Origin: Eledone cirrhosa
Taxonomy: Eukaryota
Direction: 5' to 3'
Length of the DNA stretch: 64,000 bases
Assembly (NCBI GenBank): GCA_964016885.1
Contig: OZ024764.1
Span: 434,001-498,000 of the forward strand
Each line of letters begins with the position of its first letter. Position 1 is the first letter of the stretch. This document shows, one piece after another, positions 13,473 to 25,669 of the stretch. Made by a program: the position numbers and the translations under genes. The notes under the pieces were generated by a model, which saw nothing but the letters and a program-made list of their open reading frames with translations, was not told the DNA's origin and searched no databases.

Positions 13473-13744
13473 GTATGACCCCGACGGCAGAGCTCAACCC
13501 GTTTCGACGGCTATTTCTGGACTCGAGCTCTGCCGTCGGGGTCATACTTTCTCCTATTACCCACTCTACTACCCTAAGTATTGAGTACTCTGGTCCATCT
13601 GGTTTCTTACCACTCCTCCGTTATATATATATAATATAATACTTAGGTTAAGAGGAGTTAGGTATTGTATACCCGTGTCCCATTAAGGTGTTGGCAGCAT
13701 AATAATTAGCTCTATGCTTTGGAGCAGAGCCGTACATATGATAA

Positions 13745-14045
13745 AGAACACAAGAGCGACTACAACATCAAAAGATTTTTATTGGCTTACAATGTTTCTT
13801 CCTTACGTAACCGTAGGATTCGTCAGAGCTATAAAAGGGGTTTGATTGGTGTTATGGACTCTACCAACCAAACATTCAAGAACAAAGAGTAAAGAGAGTA
13901 AATGTTCTTGAATGTTTGGTTGGTAGAGTCCATAACACCAATCAAACCCCTTTTATAGCTCTGACGAATCCTACGGTTACGTAAGGAAGAAACATTGTAA
14001 GCCAATAAAAATCTTTTGATGTTGTAGACGCTCTTGTGTTCTTTG
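13745..14045. mobile_element. Fold-back element with paired hammerhead motifs (family B)
   Basis: ~140-bp inverted arms. On +: CTGACGA at 13961-13967, stem II TCCTACG/CGTAAGGA, GAAAC-ATT-GTA. The antisense copy TCGTCAG is at 13820-13826. Confidence 0.8.
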
Positions 14046-14088
<43 letters not shown>

Positions 14089-14092
14089 GTTA

Positions 14093-14375
14093 TGTTGGTA
14101 CCACAACATCCAGGCCGAAACAAATGAGATCGTGTAGGTGTCACGACAAAAAAAACACACAGTCCACGCTGTAATGTGGCCGTGTAGGCAACACGGTAAA
14201 AACCTCCCAGCCCCACACTGTAAATGTGGTTGGTGTTAGGAAGGGCATCCAGCTGTAGAAAACCCGCCAGACAGTCCTATGCGAGCAAGACAACCACTCT
14301 TGACTCAAGTGGGAAAACCCCCGTCCAAACCCATGCAAGCGTGGAACATGTACGTTAAACGTTGATGATGATGAT
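14093..14375 (+). mobile_element. Family R1 non-autonomous RTE-related element
   Basis: Homologous to 8521-8815. Contains GTTGGTGTTAGGAAGGGCATCCAGCTGTAGAAA and an (ATG)n tail. Confidence 0.65.
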
Positions 14376-14386
14376 ATATGTATATA

Positions 14387-14427
<41 letters not shown>

Positions 14428-14471
14428 TATATATATATATATTATATATTATATATATATATATTATATAT

Positions 14472-14503
<32 letters not shown>

Positions 14504-15372
14504 ATTATATATATATATTATATATATATATTATATATATATATTATATATATATATTATATATATATATTATATATATATATTATATATATATATTATA
14601 TATATATATTATATATATATATTATATATATATATTATATATATATATTATATATATATATTATATATATATATTATATATATATATTATATATATATAT
14701 TATATATATATATATTATATATATATATATTATATATATATATTATATATATATATTATATATATATATTATATATATATATTATATATATATATTATAT
14801 ATATATATTATATATATATATTATATATATATATTATATATATATATTATATATATATATTATATATATATTATATATATATATATTATATATATATATA
14901 TTATATATATTATATATATATATATTATATATATATATATTATATATATATATATTATATATATATATATTATATATATATATTATATATATATATTATA
15001 TTTATATATATTATATTTATATATATTATATTTATATATATTATATTTATATATATTATATATATATATATTATATTTATATATATTATATTTATATATT
15101 ATATATTATATTATATATATATTATATATTATATATTATATATTATATATTATATATTATATATTTATATATTATATATATATTATATATTATATATTAT
15201 ATTATATTATATATTATATATTATATATTATATTATATTATATATTATATTATATTATATATATATATATATATTATATATATATATTATATATTATATA
15301 TTATATATTATATATTATATATATATATTATATATTATATATATATATTATATATATATTATATATATATAT
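14376..15372. repeat. ~1 kb almost pure A/T (TATAT/TA) array
   Basis: Direct inspection. Confidence 0.95.
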
Positions 15373-15440
15373 AGTGAGAAAGTGAAGAACACAATATTAA
15401 TATACCTCTAGATCGTTCATCAGACAGACCTGTTAACCCC

Positions 15441-15506
15441 TCTGTCTGATGAGCGAACTAGACATATGTTAATATTATCTAGGGTCCTGAAACCTTTGGT
15501 AATGGA
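15441..15506 (+). ncRNA. Type-I hammerhead ribozyme motif (family C)
   Basis: Stem I TCTGT/ATGGA, CTGATGA at 15446-15452, GAAA-CC-TTT-GG-TA (GUA site). A partial inverted copy lies at 15375-15430. Confidence 0.7.
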
Positions 15507-15621
15507 TTAGTTATATATTGTGTTGTTCACTTTCTAATTAAATAGCTCTGTTCTGTACATAGAGCACTCTTTTTTCCTTTACTTTTCCTTCGGCAATACC
15601 TAACACAAATGTCTATATATA

Positions 15622-15962
15622 TCATCATCATCATCATCATTTCATTTTAAGTCCGCTTTTCCCTGCTTGCAAGGGTGGGGCGGGAACTGATGCTGGCTTG
15701 ACTTCTACAGCTGGATGCCCTTCCTAACACCAACCTCATTTACAGTGAGTGCTGGGTGCTTTTTTGCCGTGGCACCTCCACGACCACTTTGCAGTGGAAT
15801 GATAGGGACCCCAGTCCCTATCATCTCATTTCTACAGCTGAGTAAACTGGAGCAATGTGAAATAAAGTGTCTTGCTCAAGGAAACAACACATCACCCGGT
15901 CTGAGAATTGAACTCACAACCTTTCGATTGCAAGGCCAATGCTCTAACCACTAAGCCATGTG
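15622..15962 (-). mobile_element. CORE-SINE S1, near full length
   Basis: Reverse complement of 7767-8113. Confidence 0.9.
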
Positions 15963-15969
15963 ACGCCAT

Positions 15970-16630
15970 TCTAATATATATATATAAAGTTGTAGTTCCT
16001 GTCTGTTTATTTGTTCACGAACTCCTCCTATGGTTTTGAAGATAGACCCCCCATAACCATATATATTCTGAAACTACATTGCCCAGGGTACTTGGATAAG
16101 TATATTTCATTTTAATCAAAGGGTTCCCGGGGGCACAAACCACCCACTGAAAATTGTTACCCTTCGATTTATATGAAATTTAAACCATAGTTAAATGACA
16201 AGATTTGATACCTATTCAAAAAAGTTTTGAATTGATATTTTGAAAAAAATTATTTACAAGAAACAAAATAATTGTTTCTACTTTAGGCACAAGGCCAGCA
16301 ATTACCCAGTATATTACTGGTACTTTATTTTATCGACCCCGTAAGGATGAAAGGCAAAGTTAACCTCAGCGAGATTTGAACTCAGACTGTAAAGGGACGT
16401 AACTGTGCTAGAAAGCATGGCGTCCAACCCTCTACCGATACTGCCAATTTACCGCCGTATATTACAAAAAATAATGTTTTCCAATTTCTCATGCATTACA
16501 TTTTACATTGAGTAATATTGAAATGCAGAGTTTTTCTCCATAAATTATATCACTGATTTAAAATCAATCATCATTTTTTTTTTTTTAGAAAAAATGTGTG
16601 AAACGCAGCAAGGTGTGGGTAATTTGGCTA

Positions 16631-16631
<1 letters not shown>
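15970..16631 (+). mobile_element. Non-autonomous Helitron-like element with a nested S2 SINE (16268-16458, -)
   Basis: 5' TCTAATATATATATAAAG, and a 3' GC-richer subterminal segment followed by CTAG|T. Confidence 0.5.
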
Positions 16632-16683
<52 letters not shown>

Positions 16684-16901
16684 AAAAACATGGGAAGAAA
16701 GAGGAAAACTGCATGGTTGCACATGGGTTACATATTATAAAATTAGTCCCTCATCAGTGATTTGCCAACCATCATTGGTATTTCATCGCATTAAAAATCA
16801 GATACCTCAGGTTGGTGCGAGCAATAACTAAAATAAGCTATTGGGACAAGTGAATCGCGTAAAGCGAGTGAGACAAGTAAACAACATGTATGTATGTATA
16901 T

Positions 16902-17243
16902 GGAGGCACATGGCTTAGTGGTTAGAGCATTGGCCTTGCAATCAAAAGGTTGTGAGTTCAATTCTCAGACCGGGTGATGTGTTGTTTCCTTGAGCAAGAC
17001 ACTTTATTTCTCATTGCTCCAGTTTACTCAGCTGTAGAAATGAGATGATAGGGACTGGGGTCCCTATCATTCCACTGCAAAGTGGTCGTGGAGGTGCCAC
17101 GGCAAAAAAGCACCCAGCACTCACTGTAAAGTGGTTGGTGTTAGGAAGGGCATCCAGCTGTAGAAATCAAGCCAGAATCAGTTCCCGTCCCACCCTTGCA
17201 AGCAGGGAAAAAGCGGACGTGAAATGAAATGAAATGAATGATG
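16902..17243 (+). mobile_element. CORE-SINE S1, full length, ~110 bp upstream of the AKAP1 acceptor
   Basis: Near-identical to 7767-8113. Confidence 0.9.
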
Positions 17244-17379
17244 ATACATACATACATACACATACACGCGCACACACATATTTAGTCATGCATACATACA
17301 TATATATATATAAACTTTCTTTTTCCTCATTCTTTTTTATTTTCGTTTCAGATTTTGTTGCTCCTGTCTTCACATCCTA

Positions 17380-20300
17380 ATGACAAATTATCGTTTCGTG
17401 CTAGCAGTAATCAGCGTCCCAACTGTCACAGCAATCTTTGCCCTGTTGTGGCTGTGGGACAAAAAGAAGAAAAAGAAGAGACTTGACAGAAGGGACTCGA
17501 ATGATGAGAGCTTGCCCCAGCTCTGTGAGGTACCGGTCAACCCAGCTGAGGACACAGGTGGGGGGAAGAAACATGGTAACAACGAGGACCATGGGGTCAC
17601 CTGTGAGAATACCTTCGAGGATTTCTCGAAATTGAATCGGATTTGGGAGAAAAGTCTGTTGGCAGATGACAGACGCAGGCGTAAATATGATGGCGGTGAA
17701 GGGGATGTCGAGGTTGATGTTGATGATGATGATGATAATGTTGGGTCCTTGCTGTCTAACGAGGCTGCAGAGGGGGTCCGTAGGAGAGTGTTCAACCCTC
17801 TAATGTGTGCTGCGTATTCAGCGAGTGGCACAACGAAACCCGAGGAGCTGCGACGGCCTTTGAGCGGGGGACGGCGAAAGAGGGACGTCTCTCCCGGTCA
17901 ACACGTGGACACGTGCATATCTGCTGCTGCTGCAATTGGTGCAGTTGATGGTGCTGATAATGTTGGTGGCGGCGACAGCGGTGCAGCTATGAATGAGGAT
18001 TTGGTTACCCTCCACTACCAGGCGTTAACCCATGCCGGCAACAAACCTCAAGCTGATCTAAAAAGCCCTCCACCACCAACACTACTGTCTCTACGATCAC
18101 CCCTGCTGCTACCCAGAGATGCTGGAGGTGGCGGTGGTGGTGGCGTCATTGGGGACAATGTGGTCATCACTGGTCAAAAGGGACCACCAACAACAACAAC
18201 AGCATCTAAAGTGCTGGAATATGAACCTGGTCGCTGGGAAGAGTCTTTGGCTGCGACATCAAATCTGAATTATCTAAGCTCTGCTGCTGCTCCTACTACT
18301 ACTGCTACCCTTTCTGATGGTGGTGGTGGTGGTGGTGATGGTGGTGTTGTAGAAGTGCACACCACTGCTCATGATGATGATGATGAGGGTTGTCATGGTG
18401 ATGACCTTTTGAAGCCAGCTGTACAGGTCAACGATGTGAGCAGCAATACGACCTTGGATGAGGTCACCACTGATGACTCTTTAGCCAAGCAGATTGACGG
18501 CGAGGAGGTCACGACCCCCAGTAAATCTTCAGAGCAGGTCATTCTCGGTGATGAGGTCACGACCCCCAGCAAATCAGAGCGGGTCATTCTCAGTGATGAG
18601 GTCACGACCCCCAGTAAATCTTCAGAGCAGGTCATTCTCAGTGATGAGGTCATGACCCCCAGCAAATCAGAGCAGGTCATTCTCGGTGAGGAAGTCACGA
18701 CCACCAGTAAATCATCAGAGCAGGTCATTCTCAGTGATGAGGTCACGACCCCCAACAAATCAAAGCGGGTCATTCTCAGTGATGAGGTCATGACCCTCAG
18801 CAGATCAGAGCGGGTCATTCTCAGTGATTTTGCCACGACCCCCAGTAAATCATTAGAGCGGGTCATTCTCAGTGATGAGGTCACCGTGGAGGTTGCGACC
18901 CCCAGCAAATCAGAGCAGGTCGGTCTCAGTGATGAGGTCACCATGGAGGTCATGACCCCCAGTAAATCATCAAACCAGGTTGTCCTTAGTGATGAGGTCA
19001 CCGTGGAGGTCATGACCCCCTGTAAATCATCAAACCAGGTTGTCCTTAGTGATGAGGTCACCGTGGAGGTCATGACCCCCTGTAAATCATCAAACCAGGT
19101 CATCCTCAGTGGTGGGGAGGACAGTGATGAGGTCACGACTCCTGTTAATTCTTCAGCGCAGCAGGTCGTCGTCAGTAGCGATGAGGTTGCCGATGACAAC
19201 AAGGACTGTTTGCACATTGAGGGGACGCGAGCCAAGGTGAACGTAGCCGCTTGCGACCAGGTGAGCTCAATGGATGCGATATCTGCTGCGTTTTCTCAGA
19301 GCCCGCTCAGCGCCGACGACCTCCTGAAGGAGGATCTAGAGTACCTGAGGGGTTCTTCAGCAGGGATGGGGGCCTCTTCTGTTGCCATGGCAGCCACCAC
19401 GGTGAACACTAGTACCCCCCGCAGGGACCCAGGGCAGGAAGGCCCCAATAACCTGCTCCTCATGATGACAGCCAAGGAGCTGTTCCTCTCCAACGACACC
19501 ACCACCTCCATAACGCCTCCCGAGACCGAGTCGGAGAAGGAAGCCCTGACGGAGAGTCTGGAGAGTGACCCCGTCGATTCTGTTACCGACTGCGATCGTG
19601 ACCACGACGACGGTCACAGCGCCGAGGAGCGTGGTAGCCAAGATGCGTCGCCGACTGTTGCCGTGGACGATAGTGGTGACCAAGGGGGCAGTCGGGTCCA
19701 GGATGTGTTGCCCTCGGCAATGACTAACGTTGCCGAGGGCAACTGTCGTCGTCGTCACGACGACGACGACGTTGCCGCTGACAACAGCAACAGCAGCAGC
19801 AATCGCAGTAGCCGGGACGTGTCGACGACGTCCGAGGGTTGCACCCCTTCAGACAACAACAACAGTGTGGAGGGCTCCGCGCCATCTCAACCCCAGCCCC
19901 TCTCCCAGACCCAGCAGAAATCTCAATCTCAGACCCCTTCCCCTTCAGCCCCGCCCTCGTCCTCCCGTCGTAGGCGCAGGCGAAAGAAAGACACTTCTTC
20001 GGCTGTTGTGAATTCTTCGAAGGATTTCTCAAATTCTGCCGTCGTTCCTCCTCCTCTTCTTTCTTCTTCTTCTTCTCCATCTCCTTCTCCGGAGATCTCC
20101 GCTACGACAACATCGACAACAACATCGTCAACAACATCATCAGCATCAACGTCTTTCGAGACGGCGCCGGAGCAGTCCGGAGAGTCTGGCTCGGGTGTTG
20201 ACGGTAGCTCAGCTGTGGTAGCAGCTCGGACTGCATCTGGGCCCGGATCTGGATTGCGACCAGGACCAGAAATAGGAACAGGGTCCAAGTCGAAGTCATC

Positions 20301-21363
20301 AAAGTCGAAATCTAAATTGAAGTCCAAATTGAAATTAAACGGGTCTGCTGGCTCCGAGAGCCATTTAAAGGACGACGCTCGGCTGAACTTAAAAGAGGCA
20401 GATCCAGCTGCAGTCGTCGCTGGGACTGTAGTTTCCGGCTCCTCTGTGGAAGATCCCTTAAAAATGATGGATTCTGCTATCGTGAGTTCAAAACTTGGGG
20501 ACAGCCACGAAGAGGGTCCCTTAGAAACCGTGGCTTCTGCCATCGTAGCTTCTAAACCTGTTGGTTCTTCGAGCCACGTGGAGGACGACAAATGCTTGAA
20601 AAAAGTTGTAGGTTCTTGTTCACTTGAAAACAACAAACGTCTATTTCCTTCGTCCTCGGAAAGTTCCCCGAGCAGCAGTGGTGCCACAACAGAAACCCAA
20701 TGCGCCGCTGTGGGATCGGTGTCAACAACATCGACAAAGTCAGCAGAAGATGCAGAGGGTGGTGGGGGTTCAGTTGATGGCAGCTTAAGAAAACCTGAAC
20801 GAGAAGGTAACATAGTCGTTAGTGATGATGGTGATGGTGGTAGTGTGGAGGCAGCAGTTGTTTGTGATGGTGATGAAAACACTACCACCCCCAGCACCAA
20901 GTCTTTCAGCAGTCCTGATAATAAAGGGGCAGACGACACTACGGCAGGGCACCATGAACTGTTGGCCGAGTCTAGCAACATTACTAATACCTGCGACAAA
21001 TCTCGCCATCCTGATGCTGGCCAGTCTGGAACCACATCAGTGGAGAAGGCGGTGACGAAAGGTGAGGTGTTGGTGGCACAAGAGGGCAGGGTTGTCGAGG
21101 AGGTGTGTGGTAAAGAAAATTGTGTAGATAATTCTATTGACTGTGATGATGTTGGTGATGGTAATGATAATAATATTAACAGTGATGAGGCTGGGACAAC
21201 GACAGAACATTGCATTGCTAAAGATGGTGTTGATGGTGATGGCAGTGAAGGCCAGATTAAAAAAACCAGTATTGGAAGCAAGCTGGAGTACAATGCGGCT
21301 TCGTTTACCCCGGAGTCAAGCTTCCTCTCTGATTCTTCTGCGAGCTGTGATTTTACTAATGTC
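17380..21363 (+). CDS. AKAP1: AKAP1/spoonbill-like mitochondrial KH-Tudor protein, first coding exon (1328 codons)
   Basis: Acceptor TTTCAG at 17346-17351, ATG at 17380. The N-terminus is a hydrophobic anchor followed by a basic run (FVLAVISVPTVTAIFALLWLW-DKKKKKKR), as in AKAP1. Donor GTAAGT at 21364, phase 0. Confidence 0.88.
18505..19185 (+). repeat. Coding minisatellite, ~13 units of 15-20 aa (EVTTPSKSSEQVILSD)
   Basis: Visible in both DNA (GAGGTCACGACCCCCAGTAAATC...GGTCATTCTCAGTGAT) and protein. Confidence 0.9.
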
Positions 21364-21456
21364 GTAAGTATTAATTTTTTAACTTTTTCATTAACTAATA
21401 TTTCAAATAAAAATACCTGCATTGTGTTTTGCTTTTTTACTTTCAGGTCTTGAAAC

Positions 21457-21875
21457 GGTTAAAGTGTTTATATTTATCTAAAAACCTTCCATCATAATTT
21501 TATGTAAGAACCTTTGTTAAGTTATGTTCCAAACACCAACAGTGTCTTTCATTAGAAATATGGTAATGAAAGGGTTAAAGTGTTTATATTTATATAAAAA
21601 CTTCCATCATAATTTTATGTAAGAACCTTTGTTAAGTTATGTTCCACACACCAACAGTGTCTTTCATTAGAAATATGGTAATGAAAGGGTTAAAGTGTTT
21701 ATATTTATCTAAAAACTTCCATCATAATTTTATGTAAGAACCTTTGTTAAGTTATGTTCCAAACACCAACAGTGTCTTTCATTAGAAATATGGTAATGAA
21801 AGGGTTAAAGTGTTTATATTTATCTAAAAACTTCCATCATAATTTTATGTAAGAACCTTTAAGTTATGTTCCAAA
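21457..21875. repeat. ~115-bp tandem repeat, ~3.6 copies
   Basis: GGTTAAAGTGTTTATATTT... recurs at 21457, 21573, 21688 and ~21803. Units end GAAAGGGTTAA. Confidence 0.85.
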
Positions 21876-22227
21876 TACTGGCATACGTGCATGCGTTTGA
21901 ACAATAAAAACAAGTGAGGTGTAGGTAGAGAGTTAGTTCAATGTTTTATAATCGTTTCAGAGGGTTGATTGAATGGTGGAGATCAATGAATTGTCTAGCA
22001 TGGTAGTGGTTAACTTACAACCCATTACTAGTCTCGAACTTCCTCTTCAATTGGCCGTTCTCTTCAGAAACACAAAACTAAATTTTATTTACTACAAGTG
22101 TATATATATATATATATGCATACATATATATATATATATACATACATACACTTGTATATATGTATATATATATATACACACACATATATGTGATGTGATG
22201 TTTTGCAAGGTTTTTTTTTATATGAAA

Positions 22228-22699
22228 CTAGCAGAAAAACCACCCTATGGGTGGTTTTCTGCTAGCATGTGTAGTGTGTATATTGATATTATACGCAAGT
22301 ATATATACATGTAGATATGATACATCAAATAAAATTGCAATTGACAATATATAATACATAGAAATTGAACGAAGACTGAGTTACACTGTCTTCTGTAATC
22401 AGTAACGTAATCCATGATACATTAAAAAGACGATATTATATATAAACTGCATTAGGAGAAAATTAGTATGTTTATTTAAGCGATTGCCAACCGGAAGTGT
22501 TGACATTTCAGAAATTTTAAAGAAGTGAATCTTTAAATAAATAATATAATATATTTAATGAACAGCCACGAAATTTAGTAGATAAATTATGTAATATTCA
22601 TTCATTATTTATTCAAAGTAATCCAACTTATTTTACTAACGGGATAAAATATTATAAACTGTACGCAGTCCCGTTCTCCTTACTTTATTATATTTTAGA
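22228..22699 (-). mobile_element. Non-autonomous Helitron-like element H1
   Basis: Reverse strand begins A|TCTAAAATATAATAAAG and ends with a hairpin (AGAAAACCACCC/GGGTGGTTTTCT) then CTAG|T. A second copy is at 42791-43633. Confidence 0.65.
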
Positions 22700-22934
22700 T
22701 TGTGTGTTGAAACAAATATTCTTTACTTTGGGAGGGTCATATTGTTATAATATTGCCAGAAATAATAACACAACACACTCACTGTTTGGTTGGTTTTTGC
22801 TTCTGTATCTTTTATATCTCCATAGTTAATTTATTTGGCAATCAATGTTTATCATTGATTGACCAACGGTTAAAAATGTAGATATAAATATATATAAATT
22901 ACACAAGAATCAAAACTATGTTCAAAACATTTTA

Positions 22935-22985
22935 TTGCTGACAATCGTTTCTTCCAAACTTTCGTTTGGAATCCTCGGAGCACTA
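22935..22985 (-). ncRNA. Hammerhead motif with CCGAGGA core variant (family D)
   Basis: Reverse strand: TGCT-CCGAGGA-TTCCAAAC-GAAA-GTTTGGAA-GAAAC-GATT-GTC-AGCA. Confidence 0.65.
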
Positions 22986-23013
22986 GCAAAGTTTAGACAT
23001 ATAATTGAGGCAT

Positions 23014-23345
23014 GGAGGCACATGGCTTAGTGGTTAGAGCATTGGCCTTGCAATCGAAAGGTTGTGAGTTCAATTCTCAGACCGGGTGATGTGTTGTTTC
23101 CTTGAGCAAGACACTTTATTTCACATTGCTCCAGTTCACTCAGCTGTAGAAATGAGATGATAGGGACTGGGGTCCCTATCATTCCACTGCAAAGTGGTCG
23201 TGGAGGTGCCACGGCAAAAAGCACCCAGCACTCACTGTAAATGAGGTTGGTGTTAGGAAGGGCATCCAGCTGTAGAAATCAAGCCAGAATCAGTTCCCGT
23301 CCCACCCTTGCAAGCAGGGAAAAGCGGACGTAAAAATGATGATAA
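23014..23345 (+). mobile_element. CORE-SINE S1, full length
   Basis: Near-identical to 7767-8113. Confidence 0.9.
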
Positions 23346-23529
23346 TAATTAACCTCCTATCCAACTGAACAATCATATAGATACATGGATATTAATGTTG
23401 TCAACAACAGTTTCGTATTTACAGAGTGGAATGGATGTGACAGAGATTACAAGAGAATTGTACAATAATTAAAGAGGCATTAAGGCAGAAAGTTACTCGA
23501 AAAACGAGGACATTAGCAGTAAATATCTA

Positions 23530-25669
23530 TATATAGTCTCTCAAAGTTCTTTCATCACACATCTGTGACATCATCAGTGGTACTATTGTTTCCTCCCATT
23601 GTATTGTAATGTCTATGCTATTTTTATTTATTTATTTATTCGTGTGTCTGTTCATGTCTGAGTCTGTGTATTTGTATTCTATCTTTGTTCATTAGTGTGT
23701 GTTTATGTGTGGTTGTTGTTATTGTACCTGTGTATATTTATTTGTGTGTTTGTGCATAGTTGTTATTCCATTCATTTTTTTCTGTTCAACTTCAGTCTTC
23801 TTAGCTCTATTTCAGTTACTTGTCTGATTTGCCTACCTGTTGAATCATTTCTATGTTTAGATATTATTCTAATTTCTATGTTGTCTATGTTACCGCCATG
23901 TTGTTGTCTGGCATGTTCGTATAGTACTGAACTGTTTTTCCGTCCTTTTAGTTCCTCCCAGTGTTGGTCTAATCTCTCTCCTATGCTACGAGCTGTCTCA
24001 CCTATGTATGTTGTTGTCGTGTTTCTGCAAGTACCCTCTGTACATCTTATGCTATAGACTACGTTTCTAGTTTTACAGTTTATCCGGGGGTTCACCTTAC
24101 ATATGATACATTTCCTATTGGTACAGTGGGTTTTCTTAAAAGGGTAGGTTTTGCTGATGAGGGATTTTATGGTAGTTCCTGGCTTTTCTACCACTTTAAT
24201 CTTTAAGTGGGTCTTTCTCAGGGCCTTTCTACATTGGTTAGCTAATTTCCCTCCAGGAGTAGCGTCCATGAACATGACACTCTGGTATCTCTGGTTGTCG
24301 TACCATGAGTTGGCTTTCCCTATCTTATGTCTAGCCCTATCTAAGTTATTCCGTGATTTGCTCCTGTGTAATGGGCAAATTCCTTTCATGTCCAGTTCTA
24401 TGAGGGTCTTATACTTCTCCGTGGCTCCTTTGTATACTCTGACTCTGTCTCTTTGGTTGTAGCCAGAGAACTGCATGCGGTTGATGAAGTGTTGGATGTG
24501 TCTTTCCATTTCTGTTCGGTCGCCACATGCGGGACACATTCTTCATCACTCATACCATGTCTGCGATCAGAATATTAAACTTAGCACTACTGGACATTGC
24601 TGAGTTTTTGAGTATCAGGTATTTGGAGGCCATAGCGTAGTGTGAGTGGAGAATTTGGGCTCTCTCGTCAGAGTTCCGTGTCTAATACAGGTAGTCTATT
24701 GTTAGGGTGTTTAGAAGGGTAGTCGATAGTTACAGTTATACTCTGGTGTATGGAATTAGCTATCTGCTGGATGCTTTCCATCGTGCTACGTTCTAAATCA
24801 TATTTGTTAGTACTCTCTTGTGGGGGTGTCCTTATTACTATATTAATATCGTCTACGTAACGCAAGTACATGATGAGGTCTTTGAAGCTCTCTTCAAGGA
24901 GATCTTTGAGTCTCCTTTCCCACCATACCATAAAAAGGTTGGCAACGTCACCAGCTATGCTGACGCCAATGGCTGCTCCCTCATTTTGGGTGTAGATCTT
25001 CTCGTTGAATTTGAATATATGGCTCTTTAGGGTAGTTTTAATACTAGCCCCTATTGCATGCGCGGCCATTTTTCTTACCTGATCGTTGTTTTGGGGGGTC
25101 CGTATAGCTTTGATCCATCCAATCCACCTTCCCATCGGAGTCTCTTTTGCCATTGAGGTTATGGTGCGGGGGTCTACCTCTTATGGGTCTACTGGGGCAG
25201 AAACATCTAAGGTCATGGCTGTCTAGGTAGTCAGTGTCGTAGGTAAGTCTAAGTAGGAGGCCCAGTTCATTTGTGTCGACGTCGCAGAACTCCACCTCAC
25301 TCTCATTGATCATCTCCACACATTTTTCTACAGCAAAATCAATGTTAATGGATGGGTACAGTGACACCACATCCATGCTGCCTATTATGCAGTTTGTTAG
25401 GTTTTTGTTTTTGTTGCATTCATTGATTCTACACAGGAGGTCCTCTGCACTGTCAAATACATCTGGGGACATCTTGATTATGGGGCGTATAACCATTGAG
25501 AGGAAGTAGGAGATCCTGTAGTTGCTAGTAATATTGGCCCCGCATACGGGTCTTGTTGGTGGTCCTGTTGTCGGGTAGTTGGTTGTCTTATGGTCTTTGT
25601 GGAGCAAATACAAGGGTGGTATGCCATTGTTAGACGCCTGGAAATTGTTGGCTGCGCATCTACTTTTAG

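Noticed and set aside
3062-15411. Long Y/I/H/T/C/V-rich ORFs (e.g. 842 aa at 5158-7686)
   Set aside because: Translations of TA/CA microsatellite arrays that lack stops; the same applies to similar ORFs across the window.
15715-15954. Recurrent 79-aa [12 protein letters not shown]...
   Set aside because: Antisense reading of the S1 SINE; it recurs only because the SINE does.
19929-21422. 497-aa and 280-aa antisense ORFs (also 18393-19235)
   Set aside because: Shadow frames of the AKAP1 exon with no recognisable domain or splice context.
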